A stretch of 63,753 nt of DNA from a bacterium (GTDB lineage Bacteria; UBP14; UBA6098; JAFGQG01). The translations under genes were made by a program, and so were the position numbers. The stretch is taken from assembly GCA_016930435.1 (NCBI GenBank), contig JAFGGQ010000010.1:1-63753 (forward strand). The letters run 5' to 3'. Shown one piece after another: positions 20,943 to 29,464 of this stretch. The notes below the pieces were generated by a model. It saw nothing but the letters and a program-made list of their open reading frames with translations, was not told where the DNA came from and searched no databases. Positions within the stretch are counted from its first letter, which is position 1; every line of letters starts with the position of its first letter.

Positions 20943-21341
20943 TTACCACACATAACAAACCAGTTCTCCACCCACCCTGAGCATCTTTGCCTGCTTATCG
21001 GTCAATACTCCCTTGGAGGTAGATAGTACCGCAACACCCAGTCCATTTCGTACCCGGGGGATCTCATCGAGACTCACATACATTCTGCGGCTGGGCTTGC
21101 TGACTATCCTTAGTCCCTTTACAACGGGATCATTCTGCTTATTATAACGGAGAAAAACCTGCAAGTTCCGTTTATTCTGGCCAATATCTACGATTCGATA
21201 CCCTTTAATGAACTTCTCTTCGGTCAGTACCCGAGCAATTTGATGCTTCATCTTAGAGGAGGGCATTTCTACAACCCTTTGCTCAGCTTTCAGAGCATTC
21301 CTTATCCTGGTCAACATATCGGCAATAGGGAAATTGTTCAT
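20943..21341 (-). CDS. rpsH: 30S ribosomal protein S8
   Basis: IADMLTRIRNA.. and a ..GGELVCYVW C-terminus. Confidence 0.97.
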   Translation of the reverse strand: MNNFPIADMLTRIRNALKAEQRVVEMPSSKMKHQIARVLTEEKFIKGYRIVDIGQNKRNLQVFLRYNKQNDPVVKGLRIVSKPSRRMYVSLDEIPRVRNGLGVAVLSTSKGVLTDKQAKMLRVGGELVCYVW

Positions 21342-21368
21342 ATCTTTATTCCTTTTTAATATCTAAAT

Positions 21369-21554
21369 TTACCAGCTTGCCTTAGTGATCCCGGGGACAT
21401 CCCCTTCGGAGGCTAACTCTCTGAAACAGATCCGGCAAAGTCCGAAATCTCTCAGATAACCTCGCACTCGTCCACATCGATTACACCGGTTATATTTCCG
21501 GGTCGAGTATTTAGGCGTCCGTTTTTGTTTCTCTACTAATGCTTTTCTTGCCAT
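21369..21554 (-). CDS. rpsN: 30S ribosomal protein S14 type Z (zinc-binding, 61 aa)
   Basis: [25 protein letters not shown]. The short 61-aa form is the type Z protein. Confidence 0.95.
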   Translation of the reverse strand: MARKALVEKQKRTPKYSTRKYNRCNRCGRVRGYLRDFGLCRICFRELASEGDVPGITKASW

Positions 21555-21560
21555 TAAAAA

Positions 21561-22100
21561 TCACCTACTAAATGGAAATCCAAAAAGTTTTAATAATTGA
21601 AATGCTTCTTCGTCAGTTTTTGCGGTGGTCACGATGGTGATATTCAATCCCCTGATCGAGTCCACTTTGTCATATTCGATTTCAGGAAAAACGATCTGTT
21701 CTGTCATGCCGAAGGAGTAATTACCCCTTCCATCGAAGATATCAGCGGGGATACCCCGAAAGTCCCGGACCCGTGGAATGGCGATATTGATCAGCCGATC
21801 CAGGAAGTCGAACATCTTATACTTCCGCAGTGTAACCATGCAACCAATGGGCATACCTTTTCGCAATTTGAAATTAGCAATGGATAATTTTGCCCGGGTA
21901 ACCTTGGGTTGTTGCCCGGCTATCCTGCCCATTTCACTTAAACCCTGGTCGATCAATTTAACGTTCTGGGTCGCATTACCCATGCCCATGTTCAGAACGA
22001 TCTTATCCAACCGGGGAACCTGGTTAATATTCTTGTACCCGAAATGTTCCATCATCGCCGGTACAATTTCCTTCCTATACTTTTCCTGATATCTTGTCAT
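21561..22100 (-). CDS. rplE: 50S ribosomal protein L5
   Basis: 179 aa with MGNATQNVK and [17 protein letters not shown]. Confidence 0.97.
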   Translation of the reverse strand: MTRYQEKYRKEIVPAMMEHFGYKNINQVPRLDKIVLNMGMGNATQNVKLIDQGLSEMGRIAGQQPKVTRAKLSIANFKLRKGMPIGCMVTLRKYKMFDFLDRLINIAIPRVRDFRGIPADIFDGRGNYSFGMTEQIVFPEIEYDKVDSIRGLNITIVTTAKTDEEAFQLLKLFGFPFSR

Positions 22101-22133
22101 TTCTAATACTTCCTCAAAAGTGGTCCGTTATAA

Positions 22134-22478
22134 TTAGGCATCTACCATTTCATGGCATTTTTTGCACACCCTGAGTTTAGAACCCGACTCCAGCACAACC
22201 TGACCTATCCTGGTAGGGTAATTGCATTTGGGGCAAATCAGCAATACTTTGGATACATGGATCGGTGCTTCCCTTTTCACAATAGTACCCTGCGCACCGC
22301 CGGAAGTGGGCCGCTGATGCCGGTGAATAAAGTTGGCCCCCTCTACGATCAAGGATGCCTTCCTTGGAAATACCTTTAAAACCTTACCTACATATCCCTT
22401 GTCATTACCCGCAATGATCTTTACCGTATCGTTCTTCTTAATCCTGAGTGGTTTAATCCTGTTTTCTTTTTTAGTCAT
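22134..22478 (-). CDS. rplX: 50S ribosomal protein L24 with a C-terminal C4 zinc ribbon
   Basis: KOW motif (IKKNDTVKIIAGNDKGYVGKV) followed by CPKC..x18..CKKC, as in Thermus-type L24. Confidence 0.94.
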   Translation of the reverse strand: MTKKENRIKPLRIKKNDTVKIIAGNDKGYVGKVLKVFPRKASLIVEGANFIHRHQRPTSGGAQGTIVKREAPIHVSKVLLICPKCNYPTRIGQVVLESGSKLRVCKKCHEMVDA

Positions 22479-22491
22479 TTTCTCTCCCTGC

Positions 22492-22860
22492 CTACAATAC
22501 TTCAGGAGCTAATGAAATTATCTTAAAATACTCTTTTTCCCTTAGTTCCCGGGCTACCGGTCCAAACACTCTGGTAGCTTTCGGTTCGCCATCATCGTTG
22601 ATCAGAACAACTGCATTTTCGCTAAACCTGATATAGGTACCATCCTTGCGGCGAACACTTTTCCTGGTGCGCACCACAACTGCATTAAGTACAGTCCCTT
22701 TCTTCATATCAGAACGGGGAATAGCCTCCTTTACGGTCACCTTGATCTCATCGCCTACCGATGCATACTGCTTGCCACCAGCTCCAGGGATACCTATGCA
22801 CAAACACTTTTTCGCTCCAGAATTATCAGCCACGGTCAACATCGTTTCTACGCGAATCAT
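22492..22860 (-). CDS. rplN: 50S ribosomal protein L14
   Basis: [18 protein letters not shown].. I start at ATG 22860 behind AAGGAG. The tracked 22941 start adds a non-homologous 27 aa. Confidence 0.96.
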   Translation of the reverse strand: MIRVETMLTVADNSGAKKCLCIGIPGAGGKQYASVGDEIKVTVKEAIPRSDMKKGTVLNAVVVRTRKSVRRKDGTYIRFSENAVVLINDDGEPKATRVFGPVARELREKEYFKIISLAPEVL

Positions 22861-23125
22861 TACTCTCACTCCTTTCCGAGGGCATTCCCAGATTCTCCAA
22901 TAGAATCCATCTCTTCCTCTTGGACAGAGGGCGGGATTCAATTACTCTAACTTCTTCTCCCACTTGAACGGTATTCTTAGGATCGTCAACCATTACTTTG
23001 GACCGTTTCTTAATCCGCTTATCATAAAGAGGATGCTTCTCCAAATTGGTAATCTGAACAGTAATAGTTCTATCCATGCTGTTCGAAACACAGGTTCCGG
23101 TCAATATTTTCTTATAAGTTTTCAT
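22826..23125 (-). CDS. rpsQ: 30S ribosomal protein S17, with an ~18-aa C-terminal extension overlapping rplN by 35 nt
   Basis: [46 protein letters not shown]. The ORF runs on to TGA at 22826. Confidence 0.92.
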   Translation of the reverse strand: MKTYKKILTGTCVSNSMDRTITVQITNLEKHPLYDKRIKKRSKVMVDDPKNTVQVGEEVRVIESRPLSKRKRWILLENLGMPSERSESNDSRRNDVDRG

Positions 23126-23405
23126 TATCCAAAAGTCTCCATCTATAAAGTATTAAAAGTATTCTTAATACAAACAATATACCTTTTACCAAATAAAAAG
23201 GTATAACATACCATCGAAAACAACAACTAATTTCAACCTAAGGGGATGCAAAAATCAGCTATAGTAAGTATTTAACTAAATCATCCTCCTTAATTAAAAA
23301 AATAAGCATTTTTAGAATTTATGTTCTCCTGGGATTTTGTCAATATAATTATTAAAATAATTGAATTTTTTCAAAAAAAATCTTAAATTTGAGAATATAT
23401 CCAAA

Positions 23406-24146
23406 TTAAAGAGCCATTCCTCCGTCAATATTCAGAACCACACCGGAAATATAATCTGCTTGAGGGGATACCAGAAAGAGAGCAGCCTGGGCGACTTCAC
23501 AGGGCAAGCCGGGGCGTTTCAAGGGTATGCCCTCCAGGAATTTCGCTTTCACTTCCTCCGGGAGCTCCTGTGTCATCCGTGTTTGGATATAGCCCGGAGC
23601 GAGGGCATTTACGGTAATTCCACGGCTTCCCAATTCCTGCGCAAGCGTTTTGGTGAAGCCTATCAAACCAGCTTTACTGGTGGAATAGGCAACCTGGCCC
23701 GGATTCCCTTTCAAGCCAACTACCGAAGATATATTGAGGATTTTACCGTAATGTTGCCGTAACATCTGACGGGCTACCGGTTTGGTAATATTGAATGTCC
23801 CCGTGAGATTGACTTCCATGGTACTCCGCCATTGCTCGGGCTGAACCCTGATCAATAAAGAATCCCGGGCTATTCCGGCATTATTTATTAAAATATCGAT
23901 CCGGTCATGATGCTTGATTACATCCTGAATGACCGATTGAACCTTCTCCGAATCCACCAGGTCGCAGCAGAAAGACTGCACGCAAAAGCCCTCGTTCTGT
24001 AGATCCCGGGTAGTATCCAGCAGGGCATCTTCGTCCAGATCCACTAAAACCAGACAAGCCCCCTCCTTACCAAACAGACTGGCGATCTCCCGCCCAATGC
24101 CTTGTGCAGCGCCTGTGACAATAGCTATCTTGTTCTCAAGTATCAT
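23406..24146 (-). CDS. fabG: 3-oxoacyl-ACP reductase (SDR)
   Basis: 246 aa with TGAAQGIG, NNAGI and YSTSKAG (the YxxxK catalytic motif). Confidence 0.9.
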   Translation of the reverse strand: MILENKIAIVTGAAQGIGREIASLFGKEGACLVLVDLDEDALLDTTRDLQNEGFCVQSFCCDLVDSEKVQSVIQDVIKHHDRIDILINNAGIARDSLLIRVQPEQWRSTMEVNLTGTFNITKPVARQMLRQHYGKILNISSVVGLKGNPGQVAYSTSKAGLIGFTKTLAQELGSRGITVNALAPGYIQTRMTQELPEEVKAKFLEGIPLKRPGLPCEVAQAALFLVSPQADYISGVVLNIDGGMAL

Positions 24147-25123
24147 TCCTGCTCCGGAGTTTGGGTTTGAACTCCGTTAAACGTTTTTTCCCATTCCTGA
24201 AGGCTTTCTACTCCTTCAATATTAAAGCTGTCTCCCTCACTATAAATCCTTTTGACCAAACCATTAAGCACTTTTCCGGGCCCGATCTCACAAAATCCCT
24301 CGATCCCATCACCGACCATATTGGCAATGATCTGTATCCAGCGTACCGGCGAGCAAATTTGGTTTATAAGCAGCTTTTTGATCTCCATACCGTTTTTGAC
24401 AACCTCACCGCTTACATTTGAGTAAATGGGAATACGAGGATCACGGAAGGTCATATTATTCAGGATTGTTTCCATTTCCCTGGCGGCATCGTTCATCAAC
24501 GGCGAATGGAAAGCCCCTCCCACCGGTAGGGGTATAACCCTTCGTGCGCCAGCGGCCTTCAACAACCTGATAGAATCAAGTAATAATTCTTCATCGCCGG
24601 AGAGAGCCACTTGGTTTGGAGAGTTATAATTAGCAATGGTGATAACACCTTTACCGGAGAGTTTTTGTACGATCTCGTTCAGTGTTTCAACATCCAATCC
24701 AATTACCGCCAGCATTGCGCCTTTTCGATCCCCTGATCGGGCCATTAAGGCTCCCCTAACCCTTACTGCTTGCAGGGCTTCTTCAAATGAGAGCACCCCG
24801 GCAGCTACCAGTGCCGAATATTCCCCCAGGCTATGGCCGGCAAGGGCTGATAATTCGATTTTATCCTTAATGAGGTCCCAAACCGCTATGCTGTGAACAA
24901 AGATAGCTAATTGGGTATATTGAGTTTGTTTTAAAACATCCTCCGGTCCTTGAAATGAGATCCGGGTCAGGGGAATTCCGGTTAATTCTTCAGCGTTTTG
25001 GTAAAGCTGCTTTGATCCTAAATAGGTTTGGTATAGATCCTGCCCCATACCCACGAACTGGGAACCCTGTCCGGGGAAGATTCCGGACCATTTGATATTT
25101 GCCGAGTCGGTCTGTTCTACCAT
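24143..25123 (-). CDS. fabD: Malonyl-CoA:ACP transacylase
   Basis: FPGQGSQ, active-site GHSLGEYSAL, and GAFHSPLM. Confidence 0.92.
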   Translation of the reverse strand: MVEQTDSANIKWSGIFPGQGSQFVGMGQDLYQTYLGSKQLYQNAEELTGIPLTRISFQGPEDVLKQTQYTQLAIFVHSIAVWDLIKDKIELSALAGHSLGEYSALVAAGVLSFEEALQAVRVRGALMARSGDRKGAMLAVIGLDVETLNEIVQKLSGKGVITIANYNSPNQVALSGDEELLLDSIRLLKAAGARRVIPLPVGGAFHSPLMNDAAREMETILNNMTFRDPRIPIYSNVSGEVVKNGMEIKKLLINQICSPVRWIQIIANMVGDGIEGFCEIGPGKVLNGLVKRIYSEGDSFNIEGVESLQEWEKTFNGVQTQTPEQE

Positions 25124-26097
25124 CTAACCAACACCGAACCCCATGTAAATCCGGCTCCGAATGCTACCATAAGAACATTATGACCGGGTTTTATACGGCC
25201 ATCCTGCACTGCCATTGCCAAAGCAGTAGGTATAGAAGCAGCAGAGGTATTCCCTAATTTATCGATGGTTACTATCACCTTTTCACGTGGTAGCTTGAGC
25301 ATCTTTGCTAAAAAATCAATTATCCTTATATTCGCCTGATGGGGTATCAACCAGTCCACATCTTCTTTGCTCATTTTTGCCTTTTTAAGGGCTTGCATGG
25401 CGGACATTTTCATTGCGTTAACAGCAGCCTTAAATACCTCATTCCCTTCCATTTTGAGGTAATGTTGCCGCTGGTCCAGTGTTCTCTGGGTTGCTGGCAA
25501 GCGTGAACCCCCGGCAGGGATATAGAGCAGATTACCCAGACTGCCATCCGCACCCAGATAAGTGGATAAAATACCGGAGGCATCCTCCGACTTGCCTACT
25601 ACTACTGCTCCGGCAGCATCTCCAAAAAGCACGCAAGTTGAGCGGTCCTCCCAATCGGTTATCTTGGAAAGGCTTTCTACGCCAACCACCAAAATATGCT
25701 GGTATGATCCGTAATTAAGGAAGGATTCCGCCATAACCAAGCCATAAATAAATCCGGTACATCCTGCGGAAAAATCGTAAGCAGGAACCTGCCGGGCGCC
25801 TAATTTGTGCTGCAATAGGCAAGCGGTGGAGGGGAAAAGTGTGTCCGGGGTTACCGTACCTACTAAAATAAGGTCAATATCCTGAGGGGTAAGCCCTGCT
25901 GATTCTATTGCCTGCAAGGATGCGACCGTAGCCAGATCAGAGCTGGCTGTTTGAGTATCCGATATCCTGCGTTCCCGAATGCCGGTTCGTTGGACTATCC
26001 ATTCATCGGAGGTATCCACCATCTTTTCCAGATCGAAATTGGTCAATACCCTTTCCGGGATACCCATACCGACCCCTAATATTTTAGAGCGTACCAT
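25117..26097 (-). CDS. fabH: 3-oxoacyl-ACP synthase III
   Basis: 326 aa with active-site AGCTGFIYGL, HQAN and GAGFTWG. Confidence 0.93.
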   Translation of the reverse strand: MVRSKILGVGMGIPERVLTNFDLEKMVDTSDEWIVQRTGIRERRISDTQTASSDLATVASLQAIESAGLTPQDIDLILVGTVTPDTLFPSTACLLQHKLGARQVPAYDFSAGCTGFIYGLVMAESFLNYGSYQHILVVGVESLSKITDWEDRSTCVLFGDAAGAVVVGKSEDASGILSTYLGADGSLGNLLYIPAGGSRLPATQRTLDQRQHYLKMEGNEVFKAAVNAMKMSAMQALKKAKMSKEDVDWLIPHQANIRIIDFLAKMLKLPREKVIVTIDKLGNTSAASIPTALAMAVQDGRIKPGHNVLMVAFGAGFTWGSVLVRW

Positions 26098-26157
26098 GAT
26101 TGTTCCCTGGTTTCGCGTATGAACAAATAATTTGATCGTGAAAAGTTGGAAATACCC

Positions 26158-26340
26158 CTACTCTGATTTCACAGTGATTACTTGTTCACCTTTGTAATAA
26201 CCACAATTCGGGCAAACCCGATGCGCCAACTTGGGCTGATGACAATGTGGACATTCCATTACCTGGGGTTCAGTAAGCTTCCAATGAGTCCGCCGTTTTC
26301 TACCCCGCGATCTTGATATTCTTTTCTTTGGAAGGGCCAT
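26158..26340 (-). CDS. rpmF: 50S ribosomal protein L32 (zinc-ribbon form)
   Basis: MALPKKRISRSRGRKRR..CPHCHQ..CPNCG. Confidence 0.93.
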   Translation of the reverse strand: MALPKKRISRSRGRKRRTHWKLTEPQVMECPHCHQPKLAHRVCPNCGYYKGEQVITVKSE

Positions 26341-26875
26341 TTTTTCCTTCTTTTTTTAATGCTGTATTTTTCCCTTTAAGATCCTCCAGGGTGTTCCACA
26401 CACTGGAGGGCTCTTTAACCGTACAATTGCATGTACCTTTATTTAAATCCATTCCACAAACCGGACACAATCCGCGACAATCATCAGAACATAAGGGTTT
26501 TAATGGGAGTTCAATGATCAGGGCATCCCGTATCCGCGGTGAAAGATCAAGGGTACCATAAGCCTGTGCCCTGACATAATCATCCTGCCACACTACAGTG
26601 CAGCTCGAACCACCCCCTACTAATTTCACGTATAATTGTATTTTAGTACAAAGAGAATACCGAAAATCCTTTAAACAGCGAACACAATTAACCAGAATTT
26701 CGGTTTTTACCACTCCCTTTATGATAATATCATCCCCTTTGCGATTCTCTGTGCCCTTGAAAATCACTGGTTCGGTAAAGAGACCGTTCCCATAATCCAA
26801 CTCCATCTCGCCGGGGGTCGAGGTGGCGCAGAAATCATGGATCCCTTCTTTGATATTTACTATTTCCCTTAGCAT
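26300..26875 (-). CDS. yceD: YceD/DUF177 family protein (large-subunit rRNA accumulation)
   Basis: Cys-rich C-terminal motif CSDDCRGLCPVCGMDLNKGTC, in the conserved position just upstream of rpmF. The first ATG is at 26875 (the tracked start is TTG 26884). The 3' end overlaps rpmF by 41 nt. Confidence 0.7.
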   Translation of the reverse strand: MLREIVNIKEGIHDFCATSTPGEMELDYGNGLFTEPVIFKGTENRKGDDIIIKGVVKTEILVNCVRCLKDFRYSLCTKIQLYVKLVGGGSSCTVVWQDDYVRAQAYGTLDLSPRIRDALIIELPLKPLCSDDCRGLCPVCGMDLNKGTCNCTVKEPSSVWNTLEDLKGKNTALKKEGKNGPSKEKNIKIAG

Positions 26876-27005
26876 AACTGACAAAAAATAGAAGTTTTTC
26901 CATGAAAGTCAAGTAAAATCTATAGTATAGGTTCCTTAATACCCTCCAGGGGATAAGGTCTGGAATTTTTCCATTTCGGATAATGGAATTACAATGAAAG
27001 CCGGA

Positions 27006-27263
27006 TTATTTTATTATAACAAGTTTATTATATGTTGTAAAGTTTTCTGACTTTGCGCAGATATAATATATCCCTGAGGGGAGTGCGTGTTCAGAATAAT
27101 CGGATGGTCTCCGGTGAAGGCAGGTTATTCCACTGTCAAGATAACCATCAAAGAGAATGCCCTGGAGTTTGCCCTGAATACTGTAGAGGGATAATACTAA
27201 TTTCCCGGGGCTTGATAAGGTCAACTGTATATTGATCCAGCAGTTAAGGGGATTGGGATAAAG
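27006..27263 (-). other. Degenerate T9SS type-A C-terminal sorting domain
   Basis: LYPNPLN..(85 aa)..SGIYYICAK....KLVIIK. This is weaker than the other five copies: NPL replaces NPF, and it lacks the W(D/N)G.D block. Confidence 0.5.
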
Positions 27264-27827
27264 GGAGAGTTCCCATTGCGGGATTATGCTGATGCAGTTA
27301 TCCGGGGGGATACTAACCAGATCGAAATATCTGATTCTGACCTCCTGTGCGGGGAGAAATGGTAATTCTTCAAGGCTATCCATAGGATGCCAGATCTCGA
27401 TAGGCAAACCGGGGTAGTTTGCTCCGATATATGCCTGTGGTTGCAGATCCACCCTTCCCGGGAAGGAATCCGGGTTCCATTGGGCCAGCCGGGGTTCTAT
27501 GGAATCATCGCCGCTGTGCCGTATGGTCCATTCCAGAGAATCGGCATAAGAACTTCGTATATCCCGGCTAAGAAAACTAAGTTCCGGATAAAGGGTGTCA
27601 GTCAAGGTGAAATAGGCATAGAATCCATAGGGAGATGGCCAGGTGGGGATATCGAATTCATCGTCAAAACCATCTGTCGCCATAGGATCAAGTCCCATAA
27701 AAAGATTCAGGTAATCCGTCCTGCCGCCTGAGACCAGTCTAATTTTGCCCACCCACTCCAGGGCATCAAGTGAGACAGCGAATACTACCAATATAACCAG
27801 CAAGATTATCTTAAAGTTGGTCTTCAT
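27006..27827 (-). CDS. Small secreted protein: signal peptide, one copy of the island's ~140-aa module, and a degenerate T9SS-type C-terminal domain
   Basis: I start at ATG 27827 (MKTNFKIILLVILVVFAVSL). The module is at 27324..27761 (MATDGFDDEFDIP..YAYF..SRDIR..WNPDSFP..). The C-terminus LYPNPLNCWINIQLTL..LPSGIYYICAK..KLVIIK resembles the CTD of the neighbouring genes. Confidence 0.7.
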   Translation of the reverse strand: MKTNFKIILLVILVVFAVSLDALEWVGKIRLVSGGRTDYLNLFMGLDPMATDGFDDEFDIPTWPSPYGFYAYFTLTDTLYPELSFLSRDIRSSYADSLEWTIRHSGDDSIEPRLAQWNPDSFPGRVDLQPQAYIGANYPGLPIEIWHPMDSLEELPFLPAQEVRIRYFDLVSIPPDNCISIIPQWELSLYPNPLNCWINIQLTLSSPGKLVLSLYSIQGKLQGILFDGYLDSGITCLHRRPSDYSEHALPSGIYYICAKSENFTTYNKLVIIK

Positions 27828-27855
27828 ATTTAATGGAATCCATCTCCAGAGAGGT

Positions 27856-28785
27856 TCAATGTTCAGTGACGGTGCCAACTTGGTTAAAAGTGATAGTCCG
27901 GATGATCTTATCACTTATAAATTTCCGTTTACCGGTCCGGATACTCTTCTTAAGTTCGCTAAGATTATCGTAGAATACTTTCTCACCGGTCAGGATCAGA
28001 GTATCGACGTCGTCAAATGCCGCCCAGCCGATCTGGCCCACGGGAGGCAGAAAAAGAAAATCTGCTTGCTTTATTTGCTCCTCGAACCTCTTCTGAACTG
28101 CTATACGGCTGGCACGTATTATCACCTCCATGGCAGAATTAAACTTTTTGTCCTCCCGGATCTGAGTGGGCAATCCTACAGCGATGACAAAATCGGCTCC
28201 CCGTTCCCTGAGCACAGAGATTGGAACGGGGCTTACCACTCCCCCGTCAATATAATAGCTATCGTCAATCTTGACCGGTGGAAATACTCCCGGTATGGCT
28301 GCACTGGCCAGAATGCCCTTTCTCATATTTCCCTCGCCAAATACTCTTTCCTGGCCATTTTGAGCATTAGAGGTAACCGCATAAAATGGTATCTTGAAAT
28401 CGGTGGGATCCTCGGGAATAACCATATCAATGAAATTTTTTAGAATATAGTTCTGAAGAAGGGAATCACGGGTAAGGGATTTGGTAAATATAATCTTTTC
28501 CTGAAGCCAAATTTTAGCTCCTTCCAGAGAAAAACGTCCCAGACCATTGCCCTTATGCATCAATTTTAGTACTTGATTGACAGTATTATCACTCAGATAC
28601 TTCTTCACCTCGGACTCGATCTCCTGCGGGGTTTTCCCCAAAGCAAACATAGCCCCTAATATTGCACCAACACTGGTCCCCGCAATCATGCTGATTTCTA
28701 TTTCCTCTTTTACCAAACCCTTAAGCACCCCTATATGAGCCAAACCTCTGGCTCCACCGGAACCAAGAACCAGCCCAATTTTCAT
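27856..28785 (-). CDS. Patatin-like phospholipase
   Basis: 309 aa with the oxyanion loop GLVLGSGGARG, the nucleophile elbow GTSVGA (GxSxG) and the catalytic Asp in IDGGV. A 28-nt gap separates it from the downstream module protein. Confidence 0.85.
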   Translation of the reverse strand: MKIGLVLGSGGARGLAHIGVLKGLVKEEIEISMIAGTSVGAILGAMFALGKTPQEIESEVKKYLSDNTVNQVLKLMHKGNGLGRFSLEGAKIWLQEKIIFTKSLTRDSLLQNYILKNFIDMVIPEDPTDFKIPFYAVTSNAQNGQERVFGEGNMRKGILASAAIPGVFPPVKIDDSYYIDGGVVSPVPISVLRERGADFVIAVGLPTQIREDKKFNSAMEVIIRASRIAVQKRFEEQIKQADFLFLPPVGQIGWAAFDDVDTLILTGEKVFYDNLSELKKSIRTGKRKFISDKIIRTITFNQVGTVTEH

Positions 28786-28816
28786 CCTGCTCCACTCCTT
28801 TTAATGGTGTTAATAC

Positions 28817-28844
28817 ATATTAATGAAAATAAAATGAGTGTCAA
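28817..28844 (-). promoter_or_regulatory. Candidate sigma70-type promoter for the patatin operon
   Basis: The minus strand reads TTGACA (28844..28839), a 16-nt spacer, then TAATAT (28822..28817). An AAGGAG Shine-Dalgarno sequence precedes ATG 28785. Confidence 0.4.
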
Positions 28845-29160
28845 TACTAATATATATATCCGGTGAATATAGAAATACATTAGTAATAAATAGTGCTGAG
28901 AGATTGATAATTCAAATAAACTGTTTTTAAACCTAATCATCAGGTACCTGACGTGGAGTCCGTGAATGAACCGTATTTCAGTTGGGACTTCACCTTAGCT
29001 CATCAACCCGTTTAATGGAACATCTTGAACTGAGCTAAAAGTATTTATGATATAAGTGATTTTACCCGGGTTCGGTTATATCACCTTAATATCCTGGCGG
29101 ATTATAATATCTCCCCGGGCAAACTAAGTATCCTCGCCGGTAGCATCTGAGAATAAAAAC

Positions 29161-29182
29161 CCTTTTTTACCGGGAAAAAAGG
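29161..29182 (-). terminator. Rho-independent terminator after the 1440-aa gene
   Basis: Inverted repeat CCTTTTTT / AAAAAAGG with a 6-nt loop, 25 nt past the stop at 29207. On the minus strand it is followed by GTTTTTATT. The stem is A/T-rich, so only moderate strength. Confidence 0.5.
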
Positions 29183-29206
29183 ATCTAATTTAGCCTTCAG
29201 CTACAG

Positions 29207-29464
29207 CTATTTAAGCATGGTCAGGCGTTTGCTGATTATCTCATTACCGGCTTTCAGGGTATAGAAGTATATGCCTGTAGAGACTTCCCGGCCGGCGGCA
29301 TCAGTACCGTCCCATTCAACTATATAGTGCCCGGCAGGCAAGGATTGCGAAAACAGTACCTTCACCTCTTTGCCCATAATATCGCAAATGGTCAGTTCTG
29401 CCCGTGTATTTTCCTTCAGGCTGAACCCGATATAAGTATTCAGGTTAAAGGGATTGGGATAGTT
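29207..29464 (-). other. T9SS type-A C-terminal sorting domain
   Basis: NYPNPFNLNTYIGFSL..ELTICDIMGKEV..YIVEWDGTDAAGREVSTGIYFYTLKAG..KRLTMLK. Confidence 0.8.

Noticed and set aside
23179-23204. The hairpin ATACCTTTT-N8-AAAAGGTAT between fabG and rpsQ, considered as a possible fab terminator.
   Set aside because: The stem is almost all A/T and no clear T-run follows on the minus strand, so it is not strong enough to annotate.
27745-28443. A 232-aa plus-strand ORF.
   Set aside because: It is antisense to the patatin-like gene, whose catalytic motifs are intact.
28995-29038. The inverted repeat TTAGCTCA-N28-TGAGCTAA in the 420-nt spacer between the island terminator and the patatin promoter, considered as a possible sRNA or operator.
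   Set aside because: It has only an 8-bp stem with a 28-nt loop and no flanking T-run or promoter. That is too weak to call without conservation or expression data.
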